DNA of 64,000 nt, taken from positions 15,934,001 to 15,998,000 of the forward strand of contig NC_090355.1 of the NCBI RefSeq assembly GCF_035084215.1. The letters are read 5' to 3'. Every line of letters begins with the position of its first letter. The stretch's first letter is position 1. Origin of the DNA: Heptranchias perlo. Taxonomy: Eukaryota. Shown here one piece after another: positions 36,679 to 49,612 of the stretch. The position numbers were made by a program, and so were the translations under genes. The notes beneath the pieces are model-generated. The model was not told the origin of the DNA and did not search any database. It saw only the letters and a program-made list of their open reading frames with translations.

Positions 36679-37584
36679 AGAAAGCGAAGATTGATGAAAA
36701 AATAAAGAAACTTAAGAAGACGACCTTCTGGTTAACGGTGAATAATCTATCTAAACAGCACAACTGACTTAATTTGCTAATGGTGTCTAACCATATTTGT
36801 CTGAGATTGTTCTTTTTTGGATGGAATCCAGTGATGCAAACATTCTTTGGCCATGTGTTGTGTGTGGAATCTATCCTTGAGTGAAGTTACAGCTCACAGC
36901 AACTGGCAATTTGTCTCACTATTTCAGCAAAGATCCCCCCTAGGACGACAAGACAGAATTTAACTACTCGGATTATTGAAAATGAGCAATTTCTCCACAA
37001 AGTTGACTGCTACTTCACCTGCTACCAACAACAGATTATCTCTTGAGGCTTTATTAAGCATCTTCAGTGAGAGAGTTATATGGCTTGTGCTGCGTCGGTC
37101 CGTCACTATAATTTTTATTGATACTGCTACAATGCACCCAATTCCGATTCGTTAGGCACCGTAAGAAAAATGGAAAACATGTCAACTCTGGTCAAATAAT
37201 GTGAAAAATGGGTTGATCCATTGGCTGCAATTAATTCACTTTTGAGAGTTTAGACAGTATTTCACAATCCAAACAGATGGATTTGGGACTGGAAGTTTTG
37301 AGATCCTTCTTAAATAGAACTGTCAATATTGTCTTGACACTTGCAGTTCAAAGCTGACATTGAAATATTAATGTCTGATGATCTCGCTACCCTTTTTAAT
37401 CACTCCAAAAAAATAACTGCATCCTCAGTATATTCAGACATTACACTTTGACTTCTGTTAACATGCATCGACTGGATATTCAGACATACTATTTTCTATG
37501 CCACTCTTTAAATTGTATTCAATAAACGCAACATCGTGGCACTGCTTTTTGGGGCTCCAATGTGCTGTGCCAAATGTTTTTGAT

Positions 37585-38352
37585 TTAAAAAAAATCTTGT
37601 TGAGATGTGGATGATGCCGGATAAGGCTCCATTTATTGCCCTCAGAAGGTAGTGTTGGACCACCTTCTTGAACAACTGCAGTCCTTGCGCTGATGGTACT
37701 TTCACATCAATGGTGTTGGATAGGGAATTCTAAAATTTTACACTTGTAATGATGAAGGAACACTGATGTATGTCCTCATCAGTGGTGTACGGAGGGGAAC
37801 GCCATTGCTGCTCTTATCCTTCTTGCTGGTGAAGTTCAGCAGGGAGGGTTTATCGTCTAAATAACCTTAGTGAATTGCTGCAGTGCATTATGTAAATCGT
37901 ACATACTGAAGCCACAGTGGGTCAGTGATAGGTACGTTGGCTATTGAGTTCAGTGGCAGGGACAATGATTAAACAAACTGGTCTATCCTGGATGGTGTTG
38001 AGTTTCTTGGGTGTTGCAGCTGCATCCATCCAGGTGAGTGACAATTATTCCATCACACTTCTGATGAGCCTTGTAGATGGTGGAGAGGCTTTGAGGGATC
38101 AGGAAGTGAGCCAATCATCACTGAATACCCAACCTCTGCCCTGCTCTTGTAGCCTTGGTGTTGATAATGACTCGTACAGTTCAGCATCTGGTCAGTGCTG
38201 ACCCCCAAGATGTTGAGGGTAGGAGAATCAGTGTTGGTGGTGCTCTTGAAGATCGGGGGAGATAGCCGAGCTTTCTCTTGTTGGAGATGGCCATTATCTG
38301 GCACTTCTGTGTTGCAACTGTTACTTACCACTTGTCAGCCCAAGCCTGGATA
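37585..38352 (-). mobile_element. Same LINE family, older 3' fragment
   Basis: Degenerate match to 32960-33612. Confidence 0.75.
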
Positions 38353-40184
38353 TTATGCAGCTTCAATGTTAACTCTTTTCAGTTTTCCATACGCAACTGG
38401 ACAGACATGTGGTACTTCCTCAAAATCAGATGAGAGACATGTCTGAACACTCATGTCTTGTTGCAGCTGTCTCAAGCATGGCATGGGCACAATCTTGCCA
38501 GTAGGAAGTTTTATTGACACTAATGCCTTCTTTATATTGCAAAGGCAGGAATGGAAGTGGTTCTGAAATTGTGTCAATTCCTGCTGTTCCAAATTTGCCC
38601 TATTTATGTATTTATTTGGCAGAGCTAATTCAGCACCAAAGGAACAATTATGCACATGGCTCTTTTATTCTGGCTGAGTCTTCGCCTTCGGTCAGGGGAA
38701 GACCTGTACAGGTCAGTAATGACAAAAGCGTAATGTTAGCCAGTTCAGTACAGATCAGTGGCTCAACTAGTTTGTAGCCAGCATCAAGGTGGTGCTGTGC
38801 TAAAGCAAGTGCTGCTGCCAATAACCATTTACATTTGCCACTGCCAGTACTTGCCCACCAGAGGGACTCATGGCAAAGATCTTCCGAGGAAGGTTTCAGT
38901 ACCACTGATGCACTGGTGCGGGGTAATCTATGTTGCCAGTTGCCTGCAAGGGTGGAGTGGTTGTCAGAGCCAACCCTGCAAAACAAAACAGGAAGTCACT
39001 GTATTGCATCCAGAAAATAATAGTCTCAGGCAAATGTGAGATAAGGATGGAGATCATCAAAAATGGTTTGTAAAGGGTGGAGAATTTTTTCTTGAATTAG
39101 CTAAGATAATTTACTCTTGTTTGTCGGAATTCAGAATCTTTTCTTCCAATTTTCTTCCCTCTTCTCTTGAGCCAATTACTCTTGTTGGCTTATGGTTCAA
39201 GGGGGCTGATAGTCATCCTGAACTTTGCCCAAGACGCCGCTCTGAACAGCATTATGACAATAATGACAGCTTACATTTATATAGTATCTTTCATGTAAAA
39301 ATGTCCCATGGTACTACACCGATAGGTGTAAAGGAAAAAAAATGAGAGATAAAGACCTTTACAACCAAACAAGCCCTTCCTCTGAAGTTGCCCACTCACA
39401 TCAGCTAAATGATTCCTGTAGAGGGGACAACCAAAATGGTAGAAATGAAAGTGATGTAGATAACTTTGTGACAACAAATGAAAACATTAAGAATAATAAA
39501 TAATAATTGGATTTATATGACACATGATAATTATGGATGAGAAAGGCCATTCGGTCATTTCAGTTCATCCATCCAGAGAGATTCTAATGCTCACTGCCCA
39601 AACCCTCACCCCCATTATAGCATCAAATTGTTTCTTAAATTGCCTCCAATGATCATTCAGGAAGTTTATTCCACTCATTGATCACTTTTTGTGTGACGGT
39701 GAATTTCCGAACCTCAGTCCTAAAATTACCTTTACACACAATGAAACATCTAAAAGCACTTCCCACAATTAATTACTTCCGAAATGCAGTGACTGTTGAC
39801 ATGTAAGCAAACAAGTGACACTCTTCTACTGCTGGGCGCCTGACCATATTATTGAGGCAATTTGTCAGGACTCAAGTCTTTTTCATACCATAACATGAAG
39901 GTAAGCACCTGCCGAAGGCACACTAGATTGAACAGTCCTACCTGGAATATTCCAAAGCTCATTTCACACTCTGCAAACCTTGTTAAACATTTACAAATAA
40001 TATGTGCTTGAACTGTGGGGCTTTTGAGTAAAAATAGGGTTATAACCTTACTCCCTTTGGCAGTGTAATAAAGAGTGATATGCTGATCATGCTCACAACT
40101 TCACTCTCATCAGTTTTTGAATACTTCTGCTGTATTTAAGGATTTACACCATAATTAAACCTGGCAAGTTTCTCCAAAGAAAAG

Positions 40185-40615
40185 AAGAAAGACGTGCATT
40201 TATTTGGCGCCTTTCACGACCTCAGGACGTCCCTCAGCGCTTTACAGCCACTGAAGTGTAATCACTGTTGTAATGTAGGAAACACGGCAACCAATTTGTA
40301 CAAAGCAAGGTCCCACAAGCAGCTATGTGATAATGAACAGATAATCTGTTTTTAGGTGTTGGTTGAGGGATAAATTTTGGTCAGTTCACTGGGGAGAACT
40401 CCCCTGCTCTACATCAAAATAATGCCATGGGAGAGGGCAGACGGGGCCTTGGTTTAACGTCTCATCCAAAAGACGGCACCTCTGGACAGTGCAGCAGTCC
40501 CTCAGCACTGCACTGGAGTATCAGCCTGGATTATGTGCTCACGTCTCTGGAGTGGGACTTGAACCCACAACCTTCTGACTCAGAGATAAGAGTGCTACCA
40601 CTGAGCTACGGCTGA
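40185..40615 (-). mobile_element. Deu-domain SINE copy
   Basis: Reverse complement of the same family, with A/B boxes at about 40550-40610. Confidence 0.8.
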
Positions 40616-42129
40616 TAAAGCAGAAGTGTGTGCAAGGGGGGAAAATCTCAGAGCATGGTTCAATCAAGGCCTCAAATGGTCATGTTCATGGAACAAAATT
40701 CTGTCACATTAAGGTTCACTGTTGCTAACCAGCCACATCAAATTCTCAACTGCCATCCCCTTATCTCTTTTAGGACTGGATATCCTGTGAAACTTCTAAG
40801 CACACACTTTTTAAAAATCATATAGGGATTGAATTTCTGTGTGGTGAGTTGCATCACTTTTATACCAAAAGAAGATTGGTGCCATCAGTAGTCTAGAGTT
40901 TCCTGGGTCAGCTCATTTGCATACTCATTGGAGTAGTGACTACCATGTAAAACAGATGTAATTTGTTGGAGTGTATGGAAATTAGAGCGTAACCTGTAAA
41001 ATGGCAATTCTGCCTCAACACTTCAGCAGCAGACTGGGGGACAAGCAGGTAATGATGAACCTCTGACGTGCTTCTCACATTTCCTGTAATCTTCCCAGTG
41101 GAACTGGTCACCTTTCTCTCTGCAGGTTTTGTGAAGCCCATTTTTCTTATTTCACTTCTGATTGTTTTGTTGATCCATCCAGGACCATGTTTTTTTCTGA
41201 GTCTACCACTTCTAATCTTAGCTTCTATTTGCCCTTCATGTGTCTCAGTGGGCTTTTGACAGTATCCCATTTGTCCTCAACTGAGGTGTTAATAAACAAT
41301 CTCCCCAGTTAATCAGTTTTAGCTCTTCCTTTCTAGTGGGCCTTTTTGAAATTGTATTCAATCACAGCGGTTTGTTCCAAAAGTTAATACGTTACACATC
41401 GCGTGCACACATTGCTGAATTCCTGTTGGTTATTCACTGCAGGTCACAGATCCATTTAATTTTTTTTCAGTTGAAAGTATCCATGTGGGCCCATTGTATT
41501 CCTTAGTTGTGAAATACTGCCATCTTCTGGCTGGATGCAAAGATTGTCCTAAAAATTGTGGGCAAATTACACAGTCTTTGAATCATTAACTGAGAGAGAG
41601 ATAAGCCTAATAGTGAAGAGAAAGTGTGGTTGAGTAACCATGCATCTATATGTCTCTTTAGATCTCTGTCCGAATGTGAATTCACCCAGATTTTCTAAGG
41701 TGGTTGGTCATTATGTGATTGGGCCATTGTGAAACAATTGCATCACTCACGCACCTATCATTTATACTTTCAAAATTCTAAGACGTTATCAAGTCTGGAT
41801 ATGAAATTGGCTCACAATCAGAGTTGAAAGTTTGCAATCAGAATTGGTCTTCATGGGGAAACATGTATCTACAAGTACTCTCAGTATACCGCAGGTGGTT
41901 TCAGAATGTAACATGCATTTGAGGCAGTGATAGGTAGTCTAGTACTGCTGTGGCTCTCGTTTATTCCTGCCCAGGAGGGGGAAAAAAGTACATTCCATTG
42001 TTAATGGAGGGGAATTGCAGAAACTAAGAAATTTACAAGATATGGAAGGGCAAAAAGTATGTTTGACCTATGAATAAGTGGGATTAGATCATCTTTGGGA
42101 AGCCGAGTTATATTAACTTTGGAATATAT

Positions 42130-42702
42130 GAATGCCAGACATCATTAAGACAGCACACTTCCACTGCTGCAATATTGCCCACCTTCACTTCATCATGCTG
42201 AAATTTGATAAATATGGTGTTAAGCTAAGACTCGACTTCTCAAATACCCCAGCTTCATTAGCTCCTGTCTACACAAACTTAAACTTGTCAAAAACTCCCC
42301 CCCGCCCTGCAGCCTGTGTCCTGTCCAACATTATGTCCAATTCACCCACCACCCCTGTTCTCTACTAGGTACTTAAGCACCAAATTCAGAATCCGAGTCC
42401 TTGTTTACAGGTCTCTTCATGGCCTCATCCCACCATACCTCTGAACCCTTCTCCACACCTACTTCCCAGCCTACACCCGATGGTCTTCTAAGTCTGACTA
42501 GCTGTGCATCCCCTCCTTTTGGCATTTATCATTTAGTGGCAGAGCTTTCAGCTGTCTGAGTCCTAATCTCAGAACTCCCTTCCCAAACCTTTCAGCTATG
42601 CTTCTTCCCTCCCAACTTTTCTGACTGTGCTTTCAGTCAACTGTCCTAATTCTTCTTCTAACACTCAGGCGTACAAGGTGCTATGCAAATGCAAGTTGTT
42701 GT
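42130..42702 (+). mobile_element. Old L2 3' fragment
   Basis: Similar to about 46350-46998; tail aaggtgctatgcaaatgcaagttgttgtt. Confidence 0.65.
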
Positions 42703-45079
42703 TGAGAGTATAATATTCTAAGATCAAAAATGTATTTAACCAATAAATAAGACAAAGTGAGCTTCTTAATCCCTGTTCAAATTTATAACAGCTCAACAAC
42801 TTATCAAGCATAAAGATCATGATCACCAGTAACTACAATTACTAACGTAACTACAGTCACTGCACTCCAAAAAGAAATTAATTGTGTGAAAATGTTTTGA
42901 GAAGTTTTGGCATGATAAGGTTCTAAATAAATAAAAATATCTTCACCTATCCGATTGCTTCATAATCCAAAATACACTCTTTATTAAAATTTGCAAATTA
43001 CAGTTGTTGTCCCAGAATACCCGGACAATAGGTAGTAATCCAAACCTTTGGAGGGTTTGTGGTGTTGCTTCAGATTGTGATTTTGTTTCCTTCTATTGAT
43101 AACAACGATTAATAGTCAGCAAAACCTCAAACCCTTTGATAGGATCCTTTTCACTGCTATTTCTTCATTTTTCTTGCCATAGGCACATTAAATCATCTAA
43201 AACAAGGCTCATTTTGATGCAATGACACTGCCTGTAGGCAGCTTCAATTCTAGTATTTAACAGAAGTGTCACCAGTTTGACAGTAACCAGATTATAGTTA
43301 TAATTTGCTTTGGAAAAGAACATGAGCACAAATATTCCATGCGCTACTGCTCAGAGTACAAAAGTATGCAGTAAAATATTTCCATATCCAGGACAAATAT
43401 AGCCTCATCTCCCTGGTCTATTAGCTGAAGTAATGCAAGTGCAGTGGCATATTTTGTTTCCCATATTCCACAACATACATTAACAAGGATAATGTTCCTT
43501 TGAATCCTGTACGCCTTTGAAGGTTGTCTTGCTATAACCCAAGAAGTTTAAGGATCTTGATGAATAACTCCTCACCCAACAACCTGAGTAGCAGATAGTG
43601 GTAACTATAACACTGTGTACTGATGTATGTTGTTACTTCACACTAACAGTCAATGTCTCCTTCATCTACATGCCTCTCAGAATTCTTCAGGATAATTGCT
43701 ATTTCTTCTTCCTTTTCAGAAGAAACAAACAGTAAAATGTCTTCAGCTTTAGTTTGCATTTTTGTATATTATTATGCTTTTCTGTAAGTTATTATCTCCG
43801 AGCTTCCTCTGGAGGCATCAAAGCCAACCTCAAGAGGGGGTTTTGCTGTTGCTGCCTCTGGAGGCAATGTACCAGCTACTGCCAGTGACATTTGCTATTA
43901 GCTCCCTGATTTATTTTGACTGTGGATGGGGTATGTTCTCTGACCTGCAAGGTGATTTTCCCAGCAATGGTCTGTGGCCAGAGTGATAAAGTCAAACATC
44001 TAACTGCTGCATGAGGAAGATGACATTTCCGCAGCTGTTCTGGTATTGTTCAACCAGCCCACAGTGTAATCTGGGCAAATACAGCACAATAGGAACCAGA
44101 AACCAGATTAAGTCACAAAGTGATTGCAGAACTGCTTTTTATGCTGTAGGTTTCGCCACAATTTATGGGAAATGCGTTCCTGTATCTCTTTTGATTTAAA
44201 AATCTTCCAAAGTTTTTGTTATGGTTGTGTGCAACAGAATTAATTTAAAGAAATAACAAGAACACAGAATGAACCTTAAATCACACACGCAGTGTTAACC
44301 TTAAGTCACATCAGTGGCTGAACCCATTAAACAAGTCCTTAAATCTCCAGGAAGATGGCTGTGTTTGTGGAGGAAGATCGTGAGAGCAGATTGTGGTTCT
44401 GTTGGTGTCTCACGTGATCGCCTCCGTTATTTTGGGAATTGAAAAATATTTGGTACCCTTGTACAATAGAAACCGGGAAGGGGCAGCGAGAACAGCAAAG
44501 GAACTATTGTGTTGTCAATGATTCCTGAAGTGCAAGTAAACTGGTTAATACCCTGGGTAATTCACAATAAAAGGCTTGATTATTTGATGCCAATTTATTG
44601 ACTGAGATTGAACAAATCTTGTTAACTCTAAGCTATACTTTGTAAATAGCAATTTTGTTTCAGATTGCAATTCAAGGGTGTTATCTTTGAAAAGTAATGT
44701 TCGATAACCTGTTCTTTTGTTTGCAGAGAAAAGATTGTGCAATTTTATCATAATTACGTGAGGTGCATATGTAAACAAATGAAGAATGGTTGTTCAAGCA
44801 TGTTTTCATGAGGACATTGTCAATTTATCACTTCATTTATATGATGGAATCATTTTGAGTACATGGCCACCACTATTCACTCATTTTGGTTTGAAAATGG
44901 AAACTAATGGGTGGAAAATCATAACTGCGTGCCCACGACTTCCCAAGATGTGTGTGTTTCCTGCAAGCGCTGCTTCCTGCTGAGATTGCTGCATCTTGGG
45001 ATCAAAGTATATTTGAAATGGATCAATAGACTAAATGTACCATTAATAGAGTAATGAAAGAGCGAGAGTGATCTACTGA

Positions 45080-45240
45080 AGGATACCAAAGTGATAAACT
45101 AAAGGATACAATTCTAAAGGGGGTACAGGAACAGAGAGACCTGGGGGTATATGTGCACAAATCATTGAAGGTGGCAGGGCAGGTTGAGAAAACAGTTAAA
45201 AAAGCATATGGGATCCTGGGCTTTATAAATAGAGGCATAA
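45080..45240 (+). mobile_element. Short CR1 fragment
   Basis: Near match to about 4306-4395 (gtgcacaaatc..tgaaggtggcagg...gggctttataaa.agaggcat). Confidence 0.8.
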
Positions 45241-45379
45241 CAACTCTCCCTGCCCCCTGACCTACAATCAGTGTTAGGATCTCATGGAATTCTCTGTCAA
45301 TAAGGTTCAGACCATTCATTCAGCAGCCTCTGCTGTTTCCCTCCCCGCCCCCCATTCCCAGCAAACCAAATCTCCCCCA

Positions 45380-46998
45380 TGCTCCCCCCTGCCCTAGCCC
45401 CGATCTTGCTTCTTTCTCTATTTTCTCCCCTTTGTCATGCTCTTTCCGAACTCATTTTGTCCAGGAGACCCACCTCCTGCTCTCTTGATCGCATTCCCAC
45501 TAAACTGCTGAACAACAAACTTCCCTTACTGGCTGCCTTGTGAGCAAACATTGTAATTGGTTCCCTCTCAAGTATTGCCCTCCTCAATTTCAAAACCACC
45601 ATCATCGCCCCGCTCAAAAAACCCACCCTCTGTAAACTGCTGCCCCATCTCCAAGCTCCCTTTTCTCTCCAGTCTTTGAATGTGTTGTCGCCTCACAAAT
45701 CTGTGCCCGTCTCTCCTACAACTCCATGTTTGAATCTCTCCAATCAGCTTTCTACCGCTACCACTGCAATGAAACGGTCCTAACCAAAGCACAAATGGCT
45801 TCCTCTGTGACTGTAACCATGGTGCATTATCCCCCCAAGTCTTCTCTGCAGACTTTGACATGGTCAAACACACCATCCTCCTCCAACACCTCGCCTCCAT
45901 TGCCCAGCTCAATTGATTCCACTCTTACCTATCTGATTGTAGTCAGAGCATCTACAACAATGTCTTCTCTTTGTGGCCCTGCACCATTCTCTGATGTCCT
46001 CCAAGGATCTATCCTTGGCCCCCTCCTCTTCTTCTACATGTGGCCTCTTGGTGACATCATTTGCAGACCAGGAGTCAACTTCCACATGTACGCTGACAGA
46101 CACCCAGCTCAACCTGTCTACTGCTTATGTGTGGTTAGATTGTTTGTCTGACATCCAGTCTTGCATGAGCTACAGATTCCTCTAGTTAAACATTGGGAAG
46201 ATCAAAACCGTCGTCTTCAGCCCCCATCACAAACTCCACAACCTCACTACTGCTTCCATCCACCTTCCCAATCTTGAAAGACTGTTCGCAACCTCAATAT
46301 CCTACTTGACCTCAAGCTGAGCATCTGACTCCATATTTTCTCCATCACGAAGATCGCCTACTTCGACTTTGCAACATTGCCTGCCTCAGCCCATTTGTTG
46401 ATGAAACCCTCATCAATGCCTCTGTAACCTCCAGAAATGACTATTCCAATGCTTTCCTGGTTGGCCTCCCATCCTCCATGCTCTGTAAACTTTAGCTCAC
46501 CCAAGACTCTGCTATCCCTACCCTACCCTATTCTATTCCACACCAAGTCCCACTCACCCATGTCTCCTGTCCTTGCTGACCTACATTGGCTCCCAGTTCC
46601 TCAATGCCTCCAATTTAAAATTCTCATCCTTATCTTTAAATCCCTTCAGGGCCTCAACCCTCCCTTGCTCTGTACCTTCTTCCAGCTGTAAACCCTCCCC
46701 CACACACCACCACCAGAACTCTCCATCCTCTGACTCTGGCCTGTTGTGATTCCCTCCTCCCTTTGCCCTGCCATTGGTGGCGATGCCTTCAATCGTCTAG
46801 TTCCTACACTCTAGAACTACCCTTCCATCTCTGCACCTCTTTCTCCTCCTTTCAGACACTCCTAAAAACCAACCTCATTGTCACCTTAACGTCTCCTTCC
46901 TTGGTCCGGCATCCATTTTTGTTTGATTGGGCCTCTGAGAAGATCCTTGGGATGTTTTTCTTTATGAAAGGTGCTATATAATTGCAAGTTGTTGTTGT
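45380..46998 (+). mobile_element. L2 LINE fragment (degenerate RT and 3' tail)
   Basis: VLQGSILGPLLF..YM.PLGDII....VNFHMYAD; SPVLADLHWLPVPQCLQFKILILIFKSLQGL; tail aaaggtgctatataattgcaagttgttgttg. Confidence 0.88.
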
Positions 46999-47415
46999 TA
47001 ACCGATTTTATGCTATTCCTCAGCTCAATACAAATGAATTCTATTTGGACGACACCTCTATTTAAATCCTTATGCTCGAGGGCTACAATATAGTGTCTAA
47101 TAATATCTCCCATTCTTCCTTCCCTCCTGAAAGTTTTATACCCAGAAATATTTAATTGAAAATCTGCAATCACGCTTCAGTTACTGCTGGAACGTCATGA
47201 TTTTACATTTCAATCAGCAACTCTATTCCCCCAATTTTGTTTCTTACAGATTGTGCATAAATATGCACATATGTTAGTTTGGATTGCCTTAGTTTGTTAA
47301 TTTCTCCTTTTTTCACCTCCCTCCACTCTTTTCTTCCTGCTTAATCTCTTTTTCAGCCTTTCTACTTCTTTATTCCCTGTATTCCTAAAACTTACTTTCC
47401 CTTCTGACTTCTCTC

Positions 47416-47572
47416 TGATGTGGAGATGCCGGTGATGGACTGGGGTTGACAATTGTAAACAATTTTACAACACCAAGTTATAGTCCAGCAATTTTATTTT
47501 AAATTCACAAGCTTGTGAATTTAAAATAAAATTGCTGGACTATAACTTGGTGTTGTAAAATTGTTTACAACA
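47416..47572 (-). mobile_element. Short Penelope-like fold-back insertion, family A, containing a perfect 118-bp palindrome
   Basis: Reverse complement of the 21556-21655 tail plus an inverted partial copy. Palindrome 47453-47570 is centred on AAGCTT. Target-site duplication GACTTCTCTC at 47406-47415 and 47573-47582. Confidence 0.8.
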
Positions 47573-47868
47573 GACTTCTCTCTTGCCCTTGCTGTTCCTC
47601 TCTCACCCAGCCCCCCGCCATATTAGTTAAAACCCTGCCACGGGTACTGGTCCCAATTCTCTCACAAATAATGCAGGTCTCCTCATTGCAATAAACGTTA
47701 AAAGAAAACAAACTACCCTCAGTCCTAAAACTGATTTAAAAAAATAATAATAGCGTTTTTGCATTGAGGTGGAAACTTGCCACTTGTTGCAGTCAGTGAG
47801 TGATTCTGCATCAGCTCGTGCCGTCCAAGGGAGTTTGGCCCCACCCCCTTTTCGTCACGGCCGGCTCT

Positions 47869-47878
47869 GTCACGTGAC
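47869..47878 (+). promoter_or_regulatory. CLEAR element (MiT/TFE E-box) GTCACGTGAC
   Basis: Exact palindromic CLEAR consensus about 50 nt upstream of the ATG of a V-ATPase gene. Confidence 0.8.
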
Positions 47879-47927
47879 GCGGAGCAGCAGTCAGCTGAGG
47901 CGCTCGAGCCGAGCGGAACGAGGCGAA

Positions 47928-48009
47928 ATGGCGAGTCAGTCGCAGGGGATCCAGCAGCTGCTGCAGGCCGAGAAACGGGCCGCCGAGAAAGTGGCCGAAG
48001 CCCGGAAGA
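47928..48009 (+). CDS. ATP6V1G1: V-type proton ATPase subunit G1, coding exon 1 (82 nt)
   Basis: Encodes MASQSQGIQQLLQAEKRAAEKVAEARK; donor A|GTGAGT at 48010, phase 1. Confidence 0.97.
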
Positions 48010-48668
48010 GTGAGTGTCTCCCCCAGCCTACCTAACACAGGGCCTTTGCCTTTGGCGGTGGCGGCGGCGGCCTTTGGGTCTCGGAGTTTACCGCCGGCGG
48101 CCTTTGGGGCTCCGGTCGCTGCCGAAGGTTTTTAACCGAGGGGCCGAGTCCGGTTGAGGAGAGCGGCTGGGTCCTCGGATACTGTTAGTCGGTGATGGTC
48201 GGTATATGAGCGTCCGGGGTGGGGGTGGCGGCGGCTCCCCTCGCCCGGAATGAGCCGGCTCCCCTCGCATCACCTGACAGATTGAGTGTTGAAGTAACTG
48301 GCCGTTTACGGTGCACCACATGTAATGACCCAGTTCTGCATTTTGTGGGATTTTGTGGCTATATTTGTTTAAAATGTAAATAGTTAACACAACTTTTCGT
48401 TAAGTTTGTGATTGTTTTAAAGTTCACTCAGTTGCCATACCAAGTTTTATTTTTCTCTTCACTTTTCTCCCCTTCACTGAAGCTCTTGTTCCTTGCTGGG
48501 GTATTGCAGACTGCACTTAATATACTTAATTTAGTTTTGTTTAAGACTAAATTCCCACCCGTTCTGATTATATTAGTTCAAATTATTTGATGATTCAGAT
48601 GTTTTTAGTGCATGAATGTTTTTTGACTTAATTAATCCATGGTTGCTAGTTACCCTCTGATATTTCCT

Positions 48669-49612
48669 ATAAGAACATATGAAATAGGAGTCGGCCACAC
48701 GGCCCCTGGAGCCTGCTTAATAAGACCATGGCTGATCTTTGACTTCAACTCCACTTTCCCACCTGATCTCCTTCTCCTCCTCTCCCCCCCCCCCCCCCCC
48801 CTTGATTTCCTTTAGAATTCAAAAATCTATCGATCTCAGTCTTGAATATACTCAATGACTGAGCATTCATTGCACTCTGGGGTAGAGAGTTCCAAATAGT
48901 CATGACCCTCTGAATGAAGAAATTCCTTTAGTCCTCAATGGCTGACCCCTTATCTTGAGACTATGACTCTCCAGCCAGGGGAAACATCCTCTCAGCATCT
49001 ACTTTGTCAAGCCCTCTTAGAATCTTGCATGTTTGAATGAGATCACCTCTCATTCTTTTAAACTCCAGAGAATATAGGTCCATTCTACTCAATCTCTCCT
49101 CATAGGATAACCCTCTCATCCCAGGAATCAATCTAGTGAACCTTTGCACTGCATCTAAGGCAAGTATATCCTCCCTTAGGTGAGGAGACCAAAACTGTAC
49201 CCAATGCTCCAGGTGTGGCCTCACTAAAGCCCTGTACAATTGCAGCAAGACTTCCTTACTCTTGTACTCCACCCCCTTGCAATAAAAGCCTTCCTAATTG
49301 CTTGCTGTACCTGCATGTTAACTTTGTGTTTTGTGTACAAGGACACCCAAATCCCTCTGAACACCAACATTCAATAGTTTCTCACCATTTAAAAAAATAT
49401 TCTTTTTCTATTCTTCCTACCAAAGTGAATAACCTCACATTTCCCCACATGATACTCTATCTGCCACCTTCTTGCCCACTCACTTAACCTGTCTATATCC
49501 CTTTGTAGACTCTGTGCCCTCCTCACAACTTACTTTCCCACCTAGCTTTGTATTGTCAGCAAATTTGGATACATCACACTCGATCCCTTCATCCAAGTCA
49601 TTAATATAGATT
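48669..49612 (-). mobile_element. CR1 LINE 3' fragment in ATP6V1G1 intron 1
   Basis: YKSKEVLLQLYRALVRPHLEHWVQFWSPHLREDILAL...RMRGDLIQTCKILRG. Confidence 0.9.

Larger units (their letters stand above)
47810..48310 (+). promoter_or_regulatory. CpG island over the ATP6V1G1 promoter, exon 1 and start of intron 1
   Basis: Dense CpG/GC stretch spanning the first exon. Confidence 0.8.

Noticed and set aside
47769-48035. 88-aa ORF as a standalone gene
   Set aside because: It is promoter/5'UTR plus ATP6V1G1 exon 1 read through into the intron.
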